NCBI GenBank assembly: GCA_964291265.2
Contig: OZ219747.1
Coordinates: forward strand, 2,752,001-2,816,000
Reading direction: 5' to 3'
DNA from: Alphaproteobacteria bacterium
Lineage (GTDB): Bacteria; Pseudomonadota; Alphaproteobacteria; SP197
DNA length: 64,000 nucleotides
Under the pieces are notes generated by a model. It did no database searches, was not told the DNA's origin, and was given only the letters and a program-made list of their open reading frames with translations. Shown here piece by piece: positions 50,582 through 60,840 of this stretch. The translations under genes were made by a program, and so were the position numbers. Each line of letters begins with the position of its first letter. Position 1 is the stretch's first letter.

Positions 50582-51064
50582 ATGATGATCAGCGTCGGCG
50601 ACAACATGCCATCGGGAACACTTCACACCATGACGGCGGACGGTCCGGCACCGATCTCGACCGACGAGATCTTCGCCGGGAAGAAAGTCGTCCTCTTCTC
50701 CGTTCCCGGCGCCTTTACCCCCACCTGTTCGAACGAGCACCTGCCCGGGTTTGTCACCCATGCCGACGCGATCAGGGCCAGGGGCGTGGACACCATTGCC
50801 TGCATGGCGGTCAACGACGCCTTCGTCATGGGGGCCTGGGGTGAACTCCAGAAGGTCGGCGACAGTGTGGTCATGCTGGCCGACGGCAATGCCGACTACT
50901 CGAGGGCGCTGGGGCTGGAGCTCGATCTCTCCGGAGTCGCCTTCGGCGTGCGCGGCAAGCGGTTCTCGCTCCTCGTCGAGGATGGCGTCGTCAAGCAGGT
51001 CAATGTCGACGAAGACGGCTTTTCCGCGACCAGTGCAGAGACCATGCTTGAACAACTGGGCTGA
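50582..51064 (+). CDS. Peroxiredoxin (Prx5-like)
   Basis: VPGAFTPTCS..HLPG, VNDAFVM.AW. Confidence 0.92.
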   Translation: MMISVGDNMPSGTLHTMTADGPAPISTDEIFAGKKVVLFSVPGAFTPTCSNEHLPGFVTHADAIRARGVDTIACMAVNDAFVMGAWGELQKVGDSVVMLADGNADYSRALGLELDLSGVAFGVRGKRFSLLVEDGVVKQVNVDEDGFSATSAETMLEQLG

Positions 51065-51227
51065 CAGGTCCGGTTCGCCTGATCGGACCTGCGACCGGAT
51101 CCCGGCTGCCGAGAACCGGCCACCATGCTCCTCCGTTCTCCGGCACACAGGTGACGTGACGGGCGCCGCACGTGGCGTGCAGTGACTTGATCCTTTAGTA
51201 TCCCCGGCATTTCCGGGTGATCGGACA

Positions 51228-53144
51228 GTGACGGAAACTCCTCTTCTCGACACGATCTGGGTTCCAGGCGATCTCAGAAAACTGCCGGTTGATGCGCTCG
51301 GGCAGGTCGCCGACGAATTGCGGGCCGAAACCATTGATGCGGTGTCGATCACCGGAGGCCATCTTGGAGCCGGTCTCGGGGTGGTCGAGTTGACCGTGGC
51401 GCTCCACTATCTCTTCGACACGCCTGACGACCGAATCATCTGGGATGTCGGCCATCAGGTCTACCCCCACAAGATACTGACCGGGCGACGGGACCGAATC
51501 CGCACCCTGCGCAAGGGAGGCGGCCTGTCGGGATTCACCAAGCGATCGGAGAGCGAGTACGATCCGTTCGGTGCAGCGCACGCGTCGACGTCGATATCGG
51601 CGGCTCTCGGGTTCTCCGTGGCACGCGACCTCCAGGAGAAGTCGAACAGGGTGGTCGCCGTCATCGGCGACGGCGCCATGACCGGGGGCATGGCTTTCGA
51701 GGGCCTCAACAATGCCGGTGCGAGCGCCAGCAAGCTGATCGTCATCCTCAATGACAACGACATGTCGATCGCCCCGCCCGTCGGCGCGCTGTCGGCCTAC
51801 CTGTCGCGGCTCATCTCGTCGAAGTCCTACCGATCCCTGCGCGAAATCGGCCTGCAGGTTTCGGAGCGGTTTCCCGATACCGTCAGGAAGACCGCGCACA
51901 GGGCGGAAAGCTATGTGCGAGGCATGCTGACCGGAGGCACGCTGTTTGAGGAGCTCGGTTTCTTCTATGTCGGGCCCATAGACGGTCACAACCTGGACCA
52001 CCTGATCCCCGTGCTGCGCAATGTTCGCGACGACACGAGCGAGGGACCGGTTCTCATCCACGCCGTCACCCGGAAGGGAAAGGGCTACGCTCCGGCGGAA
52101 GGGTCGAGCGACAGGTATCACGGGGTCGGCAAGTTCGATGTGGCGACAGGCGAGATCGTCAAGAGCACCAGCAACAAGCCGAGCTGGACAAGGGTGTTCG
52201 CTGACAGTCTGATAGACGAGGCGAGGCGCGACGAATCGATCGTGGCCATCACGGCGGCAATGCCGTCAGGGACCGGCGTTGACCGATTCGGCGACGTGTT
52301 TCCAAAGCGCATGTTCGATGTGGGGCTGGCCGAACAGCACGCGGTCACCTTTGCAGCGGGGCTGGCGGCCGAAGGGATGAAGCCCTTTGCAGCCATCTAC
52401 TCGACCTTTCTGCAGCGGGCCTTCGATCAGATTGTCCACGACGTCGCCATCCAGGGCCTGCCGGTACGCTTTGCCATGGACCGTGCCGGATTCGTGGGCG
52501 CGGACGGTCAGACCCACTGCGGCGCCTTCGACATTGCCTACATGGGCTGTCTGCCAGGCATGGTTGTCATGGCGCCCGCCGATGAGGCGGAGCTCGTGCA
52601 CATGGTGGCAACGGCCGTGGCCATCGATGATCGTCCGAGCGCCTTTCGCTATCCACGCGGCTCCGGGACCGGAGCGGCCTTGCCGGAACAGGGTGAACCT
52701 CTCGAAGTCGGGCGCGGCCGGATCATGCGCGAAGGCTCCCGTGTCGCGCTGCTCTCCTATGGCGCCCGGTTGCAGGACGCGCTGGAAGCGGCACTGGTGC
52801 TGGACGCCAGGGGGCTTTCGACGACCGTCGCCGATGCCCGTTTCGCCAAGCCTGTCGATGGCGATCTGATCATGCGTCTGGCATCCAGCCACGAGGTTCT
52901 CGTGACGGTGGAGGAGGGTTCGATCGGCGGCTTTTCCACCCAGGTCATGCACGTCCTTGCCGGTGCCGGCCATTTTGATGCCGGTCTGATTTTCAGACCG
53001 GTGATCATGCCCGATACCTTCCTCGACCAGGATACGCCGGAGAGACAGGTGCGCCAGGCGGGGCTCGATGCGTCGGGGATTGTCTCCACGGTCCTCGCCG
53101 CGCTGGGTGTGGACGAACACCGGCAGGCGAGGGGCAGTTCATGA
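51228..53144 (+). CDS. dxs: 1-deoxy-D-xylulose-5-phosphate synthase
   Basis: [46 protein letters not shown]. Confidence 0.97.
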   Translation: MTETPLLDTIWVPGDLRKLPVDALGQVADELRAETIDAVSITGGHLGAGLGVVELTVALHYLFDTPDDRIIWDVGHQVYPHKILTGRRDRIRTLRKGGGLSGFTKRSESEYDPFGAAHASTSISAALGFSVARDLQEKSNRVVAVIGDGAMTGGMAFEGLNNAGASASKLIVILNDNDMSIAPPVGALSAYLSRLISSKSYRSLREIGLQVSERFPDTVRKTAHRAESYVRGMLTGGTLFEELGFFYVGPIDGHNLDHLIPVLRNVRDDTSEGPVLIHAVTRKGKGYAPAEGSSDRYHGVGKFDVATGEIVKSTSNKPSWTRVFADSLIDEARRDESIVAITAAMPSGTGVDRFGDVFPKRMFDVGLAEQHAVTFAAGLAAEGMKPFAAIYSTFLQRAFDQIVHDVAIQGLPVRFAMDRAGFVGADGQTHCGAFDIAYMGCLPGMVVMAPADEAELVHMVATAVAIDDRPSAFRYPRGSGTGAALPEQGEPLEVGRGRIMREGSRVALLSYGARLQDALEAALVLDARGLSTTVADARFAKPVDGDLIMRLASSHEVLVTVEEGSIGGFSTQVMHVLAGAGHFDAGLIFRPVIMPDTFLDQDTPERQVRQAGLDASGIVSTVLAALGVDEHRQARGSS

Positions 53145-53172
53145 GTCGCGTGTCCTGAACATCGAGACTGTC

Positions 53173-54012
53173 GTGACCGACGATCCCTGGGAACATGTCA
53201 ACGGCATCATCGCGCGATCCGGCACGTCATTCCTGTGGAGCATGAAGGTGATCGCGCCGGAGCGCCGGCGGGCCATGCACGCAATCTATGCCTTCTGTCG
53301 GGAAGTCGATGACATCGCGGACACTCCGGGCGACGTGGCATCCAGGAAGGCTGCTCTCGATGCATGGCGCGAGGAGATCGGCCGACTCTATGGCGGTTCT
53401 CCCACCACGCCGACCGCTCATGCGCTTGATCAGGCGGTCAGGCGCTTTGAACTCCCCAGGGAAGAGTTCCTGGCCATCATCGACGGCGTGGAAACAGATG
53501 TTTCTCCGGGAGTGGAAATGCCCGCAACGGACGATCTCTTCGCCTACTGCCGTCGTGTCGCGGGCGCGGTCGGCGTGCTGATCATCCATGTCTTCGGCAT
53601 CACTGGACACCCGGGACCGGTCATGGCCCGGACCATGGGAAACGCGTTCCAGATCACGAATATCCTGCGTGACCTCGAGGACGACGCCAAGGAAGGCAGA
53701 CTGTACGTGCCCAGGGACATCCTGACGAAGCACGGAATCGGGGTTGTCTCTCCCGGCGAGGTCCTGAAACACCCGGCCTTTGCTGACGTCTGCGCCGAAT
53801 TGGCGTCGATGGCCCGGCGCCACTACGTGGAGGCGGACCGGCTCCTGAGCGAGATCGGTCGACGGCGCATCAGGCCGATCGTGGCCATGATGAAGGTATA
53901 CAGCGAGACCCTCGATCTTCTGGAGCAGCGGGGCTGGACTCGACTCGACGTTCCGGTGAAGCCACCCAAGGTGCGTCTGGTATGGCTTGCGCTCAGATAC
54001 GGGCTCTTCTGA
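53173..54012 (+). CDS. hpnD: Presqualene diphosphate synthase (squalene/phytoene synthase family)
   Basis: SGTSF, YAFCREVDDIAD, YCRRVAGAVG, QITNILRD, GRLYVP; start codon uncertain. Confidence 0.8.
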   Translation: MTDDPWEHVNGIIARSGTSFLWSMKVIAPERRRAMHAIYAFCREVDDIADTPGDVASRKAALDAWREEIGRLYGGSPTTPTAHALDQAVRRFELPREEFLAIIDGVETDVSPGVEMPATDDLFAYCRRVAGAVGVLIIHVFGITGHPGPVMARTMGNAFQITNILRDLEDDAKEGRLYVPRDILTKHGIGVVSPGEVLKHPAFADVCAELASMARRHYVEADRLLSEIGRRRIRPIVAMMKVYSETLDLLEQRGWTRLDVPVKPPKVRLVWLALRYGLF

Positions 54013-54024
54013 AGGCCAGGCCCT

Positions 54025-55278
54025 GTGCCTGTTGTCCACATTGTCGGCGCCGGTCTCGCGGGTCTGTCGGCCGCCGTCTGCCTGGCGGGCAGCGGGCAGC
54101 GGGTGGTGCTTCACGAGGCAGCGGCGCAGGCCGGGGGACGATGTCGCTCGCTTCTTGATTCCCGGCTCAAGTGCCGGATTGACAACGGCAATCATCTGTT
54201 GATGACCGGCAACCGTCACACGCTCCTGTACCTCGATGCCATCGGTGCGGCAGACCAGGTCACGGGACCTGTACCGGCAGCGTATCCCTTTGTCGACGTG
54301 CGCGACGCGCGGCAGTGGACCGTGCGTCCTGGAAGGGGACGGATACCATGGTGGATCCTCGATTCAGGACGCCGTGTTCCGCTCACCACGCCGGCACAGT
54401 ACTTGTCGGTGCTTTCTGTCATCACCGCCGGTGAAGGCCGGACGGTGGGAGAGTGCGTGAGGCGATCGGGAAGACTCCAGACGTGTTTCTGGGAACCTCT
54501 GACCGTGGCCGTTCTCAACACGCCGCTTGCGGAAGCTTCGGCGGGTCTGTTGCGCCAGGCGCTGAGAAGAACGCTCATGAAGGGAGAGTCCTGGTGTCGT
54601 CCTCTCGTTGCCCGACACTCGCTCTCGGCCACCTTCATCGATCCGGCTCTGGGATACCTCGCGTCGAAGGGAGTCGACATCAGGATGTCCAGCCGGCTCA
54701 GCGCCTTGCAGACGTCAGCCGGCAGGGTGGAAAGGCTGGACTTTGCCTCCACCAACATCACCCTTCTTGAAGGGGACAACGTGATCCTTGCCTTGCCGGC
54801 GTCGGTCGCCGGTGGTCTTGTGGCGGGCCTCGAGGTCCCGCGCAGGCATCAGGTGATCGTCAATGTCCACTTTCGCCTGCCCGGGCCGTCCGTGCTTCCC
54901 GGAGGACAGCCCTTTGTCGGACTGATCGGTGGCATGGCCCAATGGATCTTTGTACGGGACCAGGTTGTTTCCGTCACGGTCAGCGCGGCAAACGACATGA
55001 TTCACCGGACACTGCGCGATATCGCGATGGCGGCATGGCGTGATGTGGCTGCGGTCCTCGATTCCGATCCGAATTCACTGCCGCCCTGGCGGGTCATCAG
55101 GGAGCGCCGGGCGACGATTTCGCAGGACCCAGACACCATCGCCATGCGTCCCGCAACCCGCACCCCGCTGGCCAACATGCACCTGGCCGGTGACTGGACG
55201 GATACCGGGCTTCCGGCGACAATCGAGGGAGCCGTTCTTTCCGGCAAGCGCGCCGCCCGGGCCTGTGAGGCGGCATGA
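54025..55278 (+). CDS. hpnE: Hydroxysqualene dehydroxylase
   Basis: GAGLAGLSAA, GGRCRS, IDNGNHLL, AGDWTDTGLPATIEGAV.SG; follows hpnD. Confidence 0.85.
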   Translation: MPVVHIVGAGLAGLSAAVCLAGSGQRVVLHEAAAQAGGRCRSLLDSRLKCRIDNGNHLLMTGNRHTLLYLDAIGAADQVTGPVPAAYPFVDVRDARQWTVRPGRGRIPWWILDSGRRVPLTTPAQYLSVLSVITAGEGRTVGECVRRSGRLQTCFWEPLTVAVLNTPLAEASAGLLRQALRRTLMKGESWCRPLVARHSLSATFIDPALGYLASKGVDIRMSSRLSALQTSAGRVERLDFASTNITLLEGDNVILALPASVAGGLVAGLEVPRRHQVIVNVHFRLPGPSVLPGGQPFVGLIGGMAQWIFVRDQVVSVTVSAANDMIHRTLRDIAMAAWRDVAAVLDSDPNSLPPWRVIRERRATISQDPDTIAMRPATRTPLANMHLAGDWTDTGLPATIEGAVLSGKRAARACEAA

Positions 55279-56084
55279 CGTCAGGAGGCAAGCGCGGTTC
55301 TCCATTTGAGGTCTTCCGCGTCTTTCTCGTCCTGGGTCTCACCTCGTTCGGAGGGCCCGTGGCCCACCTCGGCTACTTTCGCGAGGCCTTTGTCGTGCGG
55401 CTTCAATGGATGAGCGACAGGGCATATGGCGATGTCGTCGCCCTGGGTCAGATCCTTCCCGGTCCCGCCTCGAGTCAGGTCGGCATGGCGATCGGGCTCA
55501 TGCGCGCCGGTTACGGCGGACTGTTGGCGGCATGGCTTGGATTCACGCTCCCTTCGGCGTTTCTTCTCACCGCCTTCGCCTTCGGGGCCGGCGAGCTCGA
55601 GGCGGCCCTGGGTTCCGGCTGGACAAACGGGTTGAAGGCCGCGGCGGTCGCTGTCGTCGCCCACGCTCTCGTCGGCATGGCGCGCAGTCTGGCGGCCGAC
55701 CGCAAGAGGGCCACGATCGCAGTCGCCGGCATGATTGGCGCCATGTTGATTCCCTTCGCCAGCGGGCAATTGATGGTCATCCTCGGAGGAGGGCTTGCCG
55801 GTCTTGTCTGGTTGCGCGATGAGGCGCCGCCGCACGGGGAAGAACTGATGGCGATTCCCGTCGGCCGCCCGGCTGCCATTCTGGCCCTGCTCGTCTTCTT
55901 CCTTCTCCTGGCCATTCTTCCGGTGGTGTCCGGTCTTGTCGTGGTGTCGGCGGCGATTTAGAACGGCGGGATATTGGCGGAGAACCGCTCTTTTGGGCGC
56001 TGATCGTGTGAGTGGGTGACCACGACAGGAGAACGTGCGGCATTGGACGAAGGTCCGCCCGGTCTTTGTTTTCTGCCTATTGTT

Positions 56085-57040
56085 GGATCCCATTGGTCTT
56101 GCATTGACGTTGACGATGTCGTTCCGGTCGGCGTTTTCTGGCGTTCGGCGTTTGTGGAACGTGATGTGGGAGGGGAGCTTCAGGCTTTTGCGCGTGGTTT
56201 CGTTCTGGCGTTCTCCGGCCTCGTCGTGGTTCGTCGGGCGGGACGATCTCGAGGCTGGAGAGCTGACGGTTTCTGTTGCGCTGGGCGAAGAGGCTGCGTG
56301 CGTTGCGGTTGCGGCGGCGCAGGGTGCGGCAGGCGTCGAGTGTTTTCGGGCGGATGCTGCGACCTGTGAGCCAGTCCGGCGGCGGATCGGGCGTTGCTGC
56401 GGCTCAGCGGCTGCGGCAGTCTCGTGATGTGGTGTCGTTTGGACGGCCCGGGGGTTTCCCGGGGAGGCTGAGAGGCGCGTCGGGGTGAGACGTTCTCATT
56501 CCTGGATGGTAACGCGTGACCGCGTTCAAGGGTCTTGCGAGATTACGTGTCCCTTCCGTAGCCGCGTGGCGGTTCGATGTCCTCGAGAGCCTCGATGTCG
56601 GCATCGGCGACGCTCTGCAGGCGTTCTCCGTAAGGCGTGTCACGGAGGGTTTCGGGGATGCTGTCGAGGCGGTCACGCCATTCGTCCTGCAGGGTGCGGC
56701 AGGCGTCGAGTGTTTTCGGGCGGATGCTGCGACCTGTAAGCCAGTCCGGCCAGCGGCTGCGGCAGTCTCGTGATGCGGTGTCGTTTGGACGGCCCGGGAG
56801 TTTCCCGGGGAGGCTGAGCGGCGCGTCGGGGTGAGACGTTCTCATTCCTGGATGGTAACGCGTGACCGCGTTCAAGGGTCTTGCGGGATCACGTATCCCT
56901 TCCGTAGCCGCGTGGCGGTTCGATGTCCTCGAGGGCCTCGATGTCGGCATCGGCGACGCTCTGCAGGCGTTCTCCGTAAGGCGTGTCACGGAGGCTTTCG
57001 GGGATGCTGTCGAGGTGGTCACGCCATTCGTCCTGCAGGG
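56085..57040. repeat. Degenerate partial copy of the Toprim gene plus ~346-bp tandem duplication
   Basis: ~56100-56435 resembles 57230-57360 joined to 57610-57815; blocks at 56433/56779 and 56678/57024 repeat with offset 346. Confidence 0.85.
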
Positions 57041-57179
57041 CGCGCAGTTCGGCCACGGCGTCGTTCCAGCGTTGCGGTCGCGAGCGCCGGTCACGGTGCT
57101 TTGGGGTGTGGACGGGAGGGATGCCGGCCTTGCGCCGTTCCCGGTATCGCCGCTGCTTTTCGGCGGGCGTGAGGGGCAT
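56889..57179 (-). CDS. IS21-associated small hypothetical protein
   Basis: AAGGAG RBS; MPLTPAEKQRRYR...RSRPQRW...EPPRGYGRD. Confidence 0.75.
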   Translation of the reverse strand: MPLTPAEKQRRYRERRKAGIPPVHTPKHRDRRSRPQRWNDAVAELRALQDEWRDHLDSIPESLRDTPYGERLQSVADADIEALEDIEPPRGYGRDT

Positions 57180-57205
57180 GAGTGGTCTCCTTGTGACGGA
57201 CGTGG

Positions 57206-58099
57206 TCATGATCTCGCTTGTGGTTCTTTGGTCCTGGCGTTGACGACGTCGTTCCAGTCGGCGTTTTCCGGCGGTCTGCGTCTGTGGAACGAGACGTGGG
57301 AGGGGAGCTTCATCTTTTTGCGCAGGGTTTCGGCCTGTCGCTCTCCGGCCTCGTCGTGGTCCTGGGCGAGGACGATGGTCCTGACGTTGGGCAGGCTGCT
57401 TGCGGCGAGGCTGATCTGTTCGTGCTGTCTTCGCGAGGGTGCCCCGGCGGTGGAGAGGAAGGCGTGGCTGGGGGGACATTGGTCGATCTGGGCCAGGCTG
57501 AGGGCGTCGACGGCGCTTTCGGTGATGACGAGGGCCTCGAGGTCCGCGGCGGTTCCGGCGCGGACGGCGAACAGGCTTCGGGTTCCACCGGTGGCGAAGC
57601 GTTTCGGTCCGTCGGGGGGACCGATCTCGAAGCCGGTGAGCTTTCGCTTCCTGTTGCGATGGGCGAAGAGGACGCGTCCGTTGTGGTCGCGGCGGACCAG
57701 GGGGCGGCAGGTGTCGAGGGTCTCCGGGAGGATGCCGCGCCCGGTGAGCCAGTCCGGGGCCGCATCGGGCGTTGCCGCGGCCCAGAGGCTGCGGAAGTCG
57801 CGTGGCGCGGTGTCGGGTGCTGTGAAGCGGGTGCAGATGTCGGCGAAGGCCAGTCCGCGGTTGAGCATGAAGTCGATGACGGTTCCGTTGTCTTCATCGT
57901 TCTGGGTGTTGAAGTAGACCCAGTGTCCGTTGTTGAGGCACTTCGTGACGAGCTTCGGCAGGCCGGGTGCGCACAGGACGGGGTTGGCGCGTGTCGAGGC
58001 CTGTTCGTCGCGGACGTATCCCCAGTCGGCGGCGATGCGTTCGAACGGCATGCGCTTGACGGCGTCGAAGTCGACGCGGCGGGGTTTATCGGGTTTCAC
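57206..58099 (-). CDS. Toprim-domain primase-like protein (DUF3991/Toprim type)
   Basis: GHWVYF...DNGTVIDF, ITESAVDALS, STAG, LAQDHDEAG (DxD), DWNDVV; GTG start overlaps the istB end. Confidence 0.8.
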   Translation of the reverse strand: MKPDKPRRVDFDAVKRMPFERIAADWGYVRDEQASTRANPVLCAPGLPKLVTKCLNNGHWVYFNTQNDEDNGTVIDFMLNRGLAFADICTRFTAPDTAPRDFRSLWAAATPDAAPDWLTGRGILPETLDTCRPLVRRDHNGRVLFAHRNRKRKLTGFEIGPPDGPKRFATGGTRSLFAVRAGTAADLEALVITESAVDALSLAQIDQCPPSHAFLSTAGAPSRRQHEQISLAASSLPNVRTIVLAQDHDEAGERQAETLRKKMKLPSHVSFHRRRPPENADWNDVVNARTKEPQARS

Positions 58100-58787
58100 G
58101 CCTGAGCCGCCAGGAGTCGCTGTCGATGGAGATGAGGGTTGCGTCGTGCATGAGCCGGTCGACGGTGCCGGCGATGCCGGAGGCGCTGGGGAAGACGCGG
58201 TCCCACTGGGCGAAGGCGAGGCTTGTCGTGACCATGGTCGAGCGGCGCTGATAGCGCCGCGAGACGATGGCGTAGAGGATGTCGGCATGGTGGCTTTCGA
58301 GGGTCACGTAGCCGATTTCGTCGAGGATGAGCAGGCGGGGCCTGGCGAGGATCGCGAGGCGGCGGCGCAGCTCGCTGCGCGAGACGGTCTCGGCGAGTGC
58401 CTCGAGCAGTTCCGGCGCCTTCTCGAAGCGGACGGTGTGGCCGTGCAGCAGGGCCTGGTGCGCCACGTTGGCGGCGATCATGGTCTTTCCGGTGCCCTGC
58501 CCGCCGACGAGCACGGCGTTGTCCGCACGGTCGACGAAGCCGAGGCCGAGGAGCGCTTCGACATGAGCCCGGCTGATGTCGCGCGGCCATGTCCAGTCGA
58601 AGTCCGCCAGGGGCTTGAAGGCGGGCAGCCGCGCCGCGGCGCGGCGGCGCTCGTGGCTGCGGGCCCTGCGGGCCTGTTCCTCGCCGCTGACCACCTCCTC
58701 GATCCATGCGGTCCCGGCGACCTCGTCCCAGCGTTCGACGAGCCCGTGGAGGCCGAGCGCCCGGGCACGCTCCCTGAGCTCGCTCAT
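58086..58787 (-). CDS. istB: IS21 helper ATPase
   Basis: KPLADFDW, GGQGTGKT, LLILDEIGY, RRYQRRS, VDRL; ATGA overlap with istA. Confidence 0.92.
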   Translation of the reverse strand: MSELRERARALGLHGLVERWDEVAGTAWIEEVVSGEEQARRARSHERRRAAARLPAFKPLADFDWTWPRDISRAHVEALLGLGFVDRADNAVLVGGQGTGKTMIAANVAHQALLHGHTVRFEKAPELLEALAETVSRSELRRRLAILARPRLLILDEIGYVTLESHHADILYAIVSRRYQRRSTMVTTSLAFAQWDRVFPSASGIAGTVDRLMHDATLISIDSDSWRLRRETR

Positions 58788-60277
58788 GTCTTGTTCCTGG
58801 CGCTGGCTTCGGGCCTGTCGTAGGCGTCGAGAGCGGTCCCCCGCGGCGTCGTGCCACGGCCGCCGCGGCCGTCGTCGGCGATGCTGAGGGGCGGCAGGCC
58901 CTGCTCCCGGCGGCGCTCCTCGATGATGACGCGCACGGTTTCGGGGTGGCACGAGCCGCGCTCCAGCGCCGTGGCGACAGCCCGGTCGAGAGCGTCGGCG
59001 CCGTGCGCGTTGAGAAGCGTCTCCAGCATCCGGGCGCAGGAGGCCACGTTGCGCCCGTTGGTCCCGGCGCGCGCCAGCATCTCCTCGGCCCGCGGCACGG
59101 TGCGCAGGACCCGGTCGCGGACGCTCATGGAGCGGGCCCGCCGCTTGCCCGCGGCGATCGCCCTGGCATGCTCCGGATCGGTGACGGCCTGCTTCCTGTT
59201 GTAGGAGCGTCGGTGGCGCGCGACCTCGTCGGCGCCGTCGAGGATGCGAACCTCGTCGCGGTCGGCGACCAGCGTCAGCAGGGCCTTGGAGAAGCTACCC
59301 GGAACGCTGTAGTCGTTGGTGTCGAAGCGGGCGTGGCAGGTCTTGTCGATGCGCACCGGGCGGACCTCGTGATGCGGGAAGGGATCGGCGGGAAGGACGA
59401 TCAGGTGCTCCCTCTCCCGGGCGAAGGCGTCCCGCACCAGGAGACTGTCGTCGTCCGGCCAGGGCCGCTCCGCGGCGGCGCCGAAGCACCACTCCCGAAC
59501 TGCGGCGTTGAGCTCGCCGAGCGGGACCGTGATGTCGCGCCCGGCGAAGAACCCGGTGCGCGCGAAGCGCACACGGCGTTCCACGCGGCCCTTCTCCTGC
59601 GGGCTCCTGGGCCAGGCGGCGCTCGGTTCGAAGGCATAGTGGGCCGCGAGGCCGAGCAGCATCGGATGATAGGTGACCGCCTTGCCGCGGCGCGTCACCA
59701 CGGCACTCTTCAGGTTGTCGTACAGAAGCCTCCGCGGCACACCCCCGAATGCCGCGAAAGCCTCGACATGGCCTTGCAGGAAGCTGGCCATCCGCGCGTC
59801 GTGGAACAGGCTCAGGACAGTCTGGCGCGAGTAGCTGAGGGTGACGAGAAGCCCCATGAGCCTGCGCTCCGCCCGGCCGATGCGGACCTTCCCGAACTCG
59901 GCCCAGTCAACCTGCGCCTGCTCGCCCGGAAGGAAGCTCAGCCGCAGCGACGGCTCGGGCCTCTTCACCGGCCTCAGCCCAAGGCGGCGCAGGTCGTGAC
60001 GGAAGTGATCCTCGCCGCCGCGGTAGCCCAGAGCCACGACCTGTCGCCAGAGCGTGCTGGCCGGAAGGTCCGGCGACGCCTCAAGACGCTCCCCGAGGAA
60101 GGCAACGAAGGGGTCGATGAGCTTGGCCCGCGGCCGCCGCTCCTGCCCCGACGCCTTGAGCGCCCGCGTCACCGTGCCGTGGTGCACGCCGAGATGCCGG
60201 GCAATCGTCCCCACAGCCCAGCCCTCGGCCCGCGACAGCCGCACGATCGTCGCCCGCGTGTCCTCGTCGATCGCCAT
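58784..60277 (-). CDS. istA: IS21 transposase
   Basis: N-terminal HTH, PGEQAQVDW, LSYSR, YDNLKSAV, KGRVER, NDYSVP. Confidence 0.93.
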   Translation of the reverse strand: MAIDEDTRATIVRLSRAEGWAVGTIARHLGVHHGTVTRALKASGQERRPRAKLIDPFVAFLGERLEASPDLPASTLWRQVVALGYRGGEDHFRHDLRRLGLRPVKRPEPSLRLSFLPGEQAQVDWAEFGKVRIGRAERRLMGLLVTLSYSRQTVLSLFHDARMASFLQGHVEAFAAFGGVPRRLLYDNLKSAVVTRRGKAVTYHPMLLGLAAHYAFEPSAAWPRSPQEKGRVERRVRFARTGFFAGRDITVPLGELNAAVREWCFGAAAERPWPDDDSLLVRDAFAREREHLIVLPADPFPHHEVRPVRIDKTCHARFDTNDYSVPGSFSKALLTLVADRDEVRILDGADEVARHRRSYNRKQAVTDPEHARAIAAGKRRARSMSVRDRVLRTVPRAEEMLARAGTNGRNVASCARMLETLLNAHGADALDRAVATALERGSCHPETVRVIIEERRREQGLPPLSIADDGRGGRGTTPRGTALDAYDRPEASARNKT

Positions 60278-60309
60278 GAACTCCCTCCCTTTGGTTCCTC
60301 AACGCCGCA

Positions 60310-60840
60310 TCACGGGTCCCTCAGCACCACATGCGTCACGACCCGTCCGCATCTGGCGCACCGAAGCGGCGATTCGCGCCGCTCTTGCGCCTTCACAACC
60401 GCAGGTAGGGAGGTCGGCAGCAGTCGGGAAGGGTGGTCCGTAACGATTTCTTCAGAACCGGCGTCTCCAGACACCGCCGGAACGTCGCCAAGCAGCACCA
60501 CAGCAGACGTCTGCGTGCCCATGATCTCGGCAACCATCGCCGCCCTGGCCTTCAACGCACGCGCCTCCTCCGCCTTGCGGAGCCGGTAACGCCGCTGGCG
60601 GTGACGGCCCGTCTCACGGCCCTTCAGCGTGCTCTGGTAGCGACGACGCGACGCGCGGCGCCGCTCGATCCGGGACCGCTCCCTGCACTCCTTGGAGCAA
60701 TACACATGTCCCCGGTCACACGACCGGCAGAGAACAACCTGCCGCTGACACCGCCTGCAGTTGAACAGTCGTCCTGTCGTGCACACCGTCCGTCTCGAGA
60801 GCGGGGGTGGACCCGGACGCAAAATGGCTCGACAATACAC
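60310..60840 (-). CDS. Cys-rich (Zn-binding) hypothetical protein upstream of istA
   Basis: CRRC...CRSCDRGHVYCSKEC and C-terminal CARCGR; start uncertain. Confidence 0.65.
   Translation of the reverse strand: MYCRAILRPGPPPLSRRTVCTTGRLFNCRRCQRQVVLCRSCDRGHVYCSKECRERSRIERRRASRRRYQSTLKGRETGRHRQRRYRLRKAEEARALKARAAMVAEIMGTQTSAVVLLGDVPAVSGDAGSEEIVTDHPSRLLPTSLPAVVKAQERRESPLRCARCGRVVTHVVLRDP

Noticed and set aside
56085-57815. Diversity-generating retroelement TR/VR pair (Toprim gene versus its diverged copy)
   Set aside because: Many mismatches involve coding-strand A, but a substantial share do not; the copy has a large internal deletion and no reverse transcriptase is in the window.
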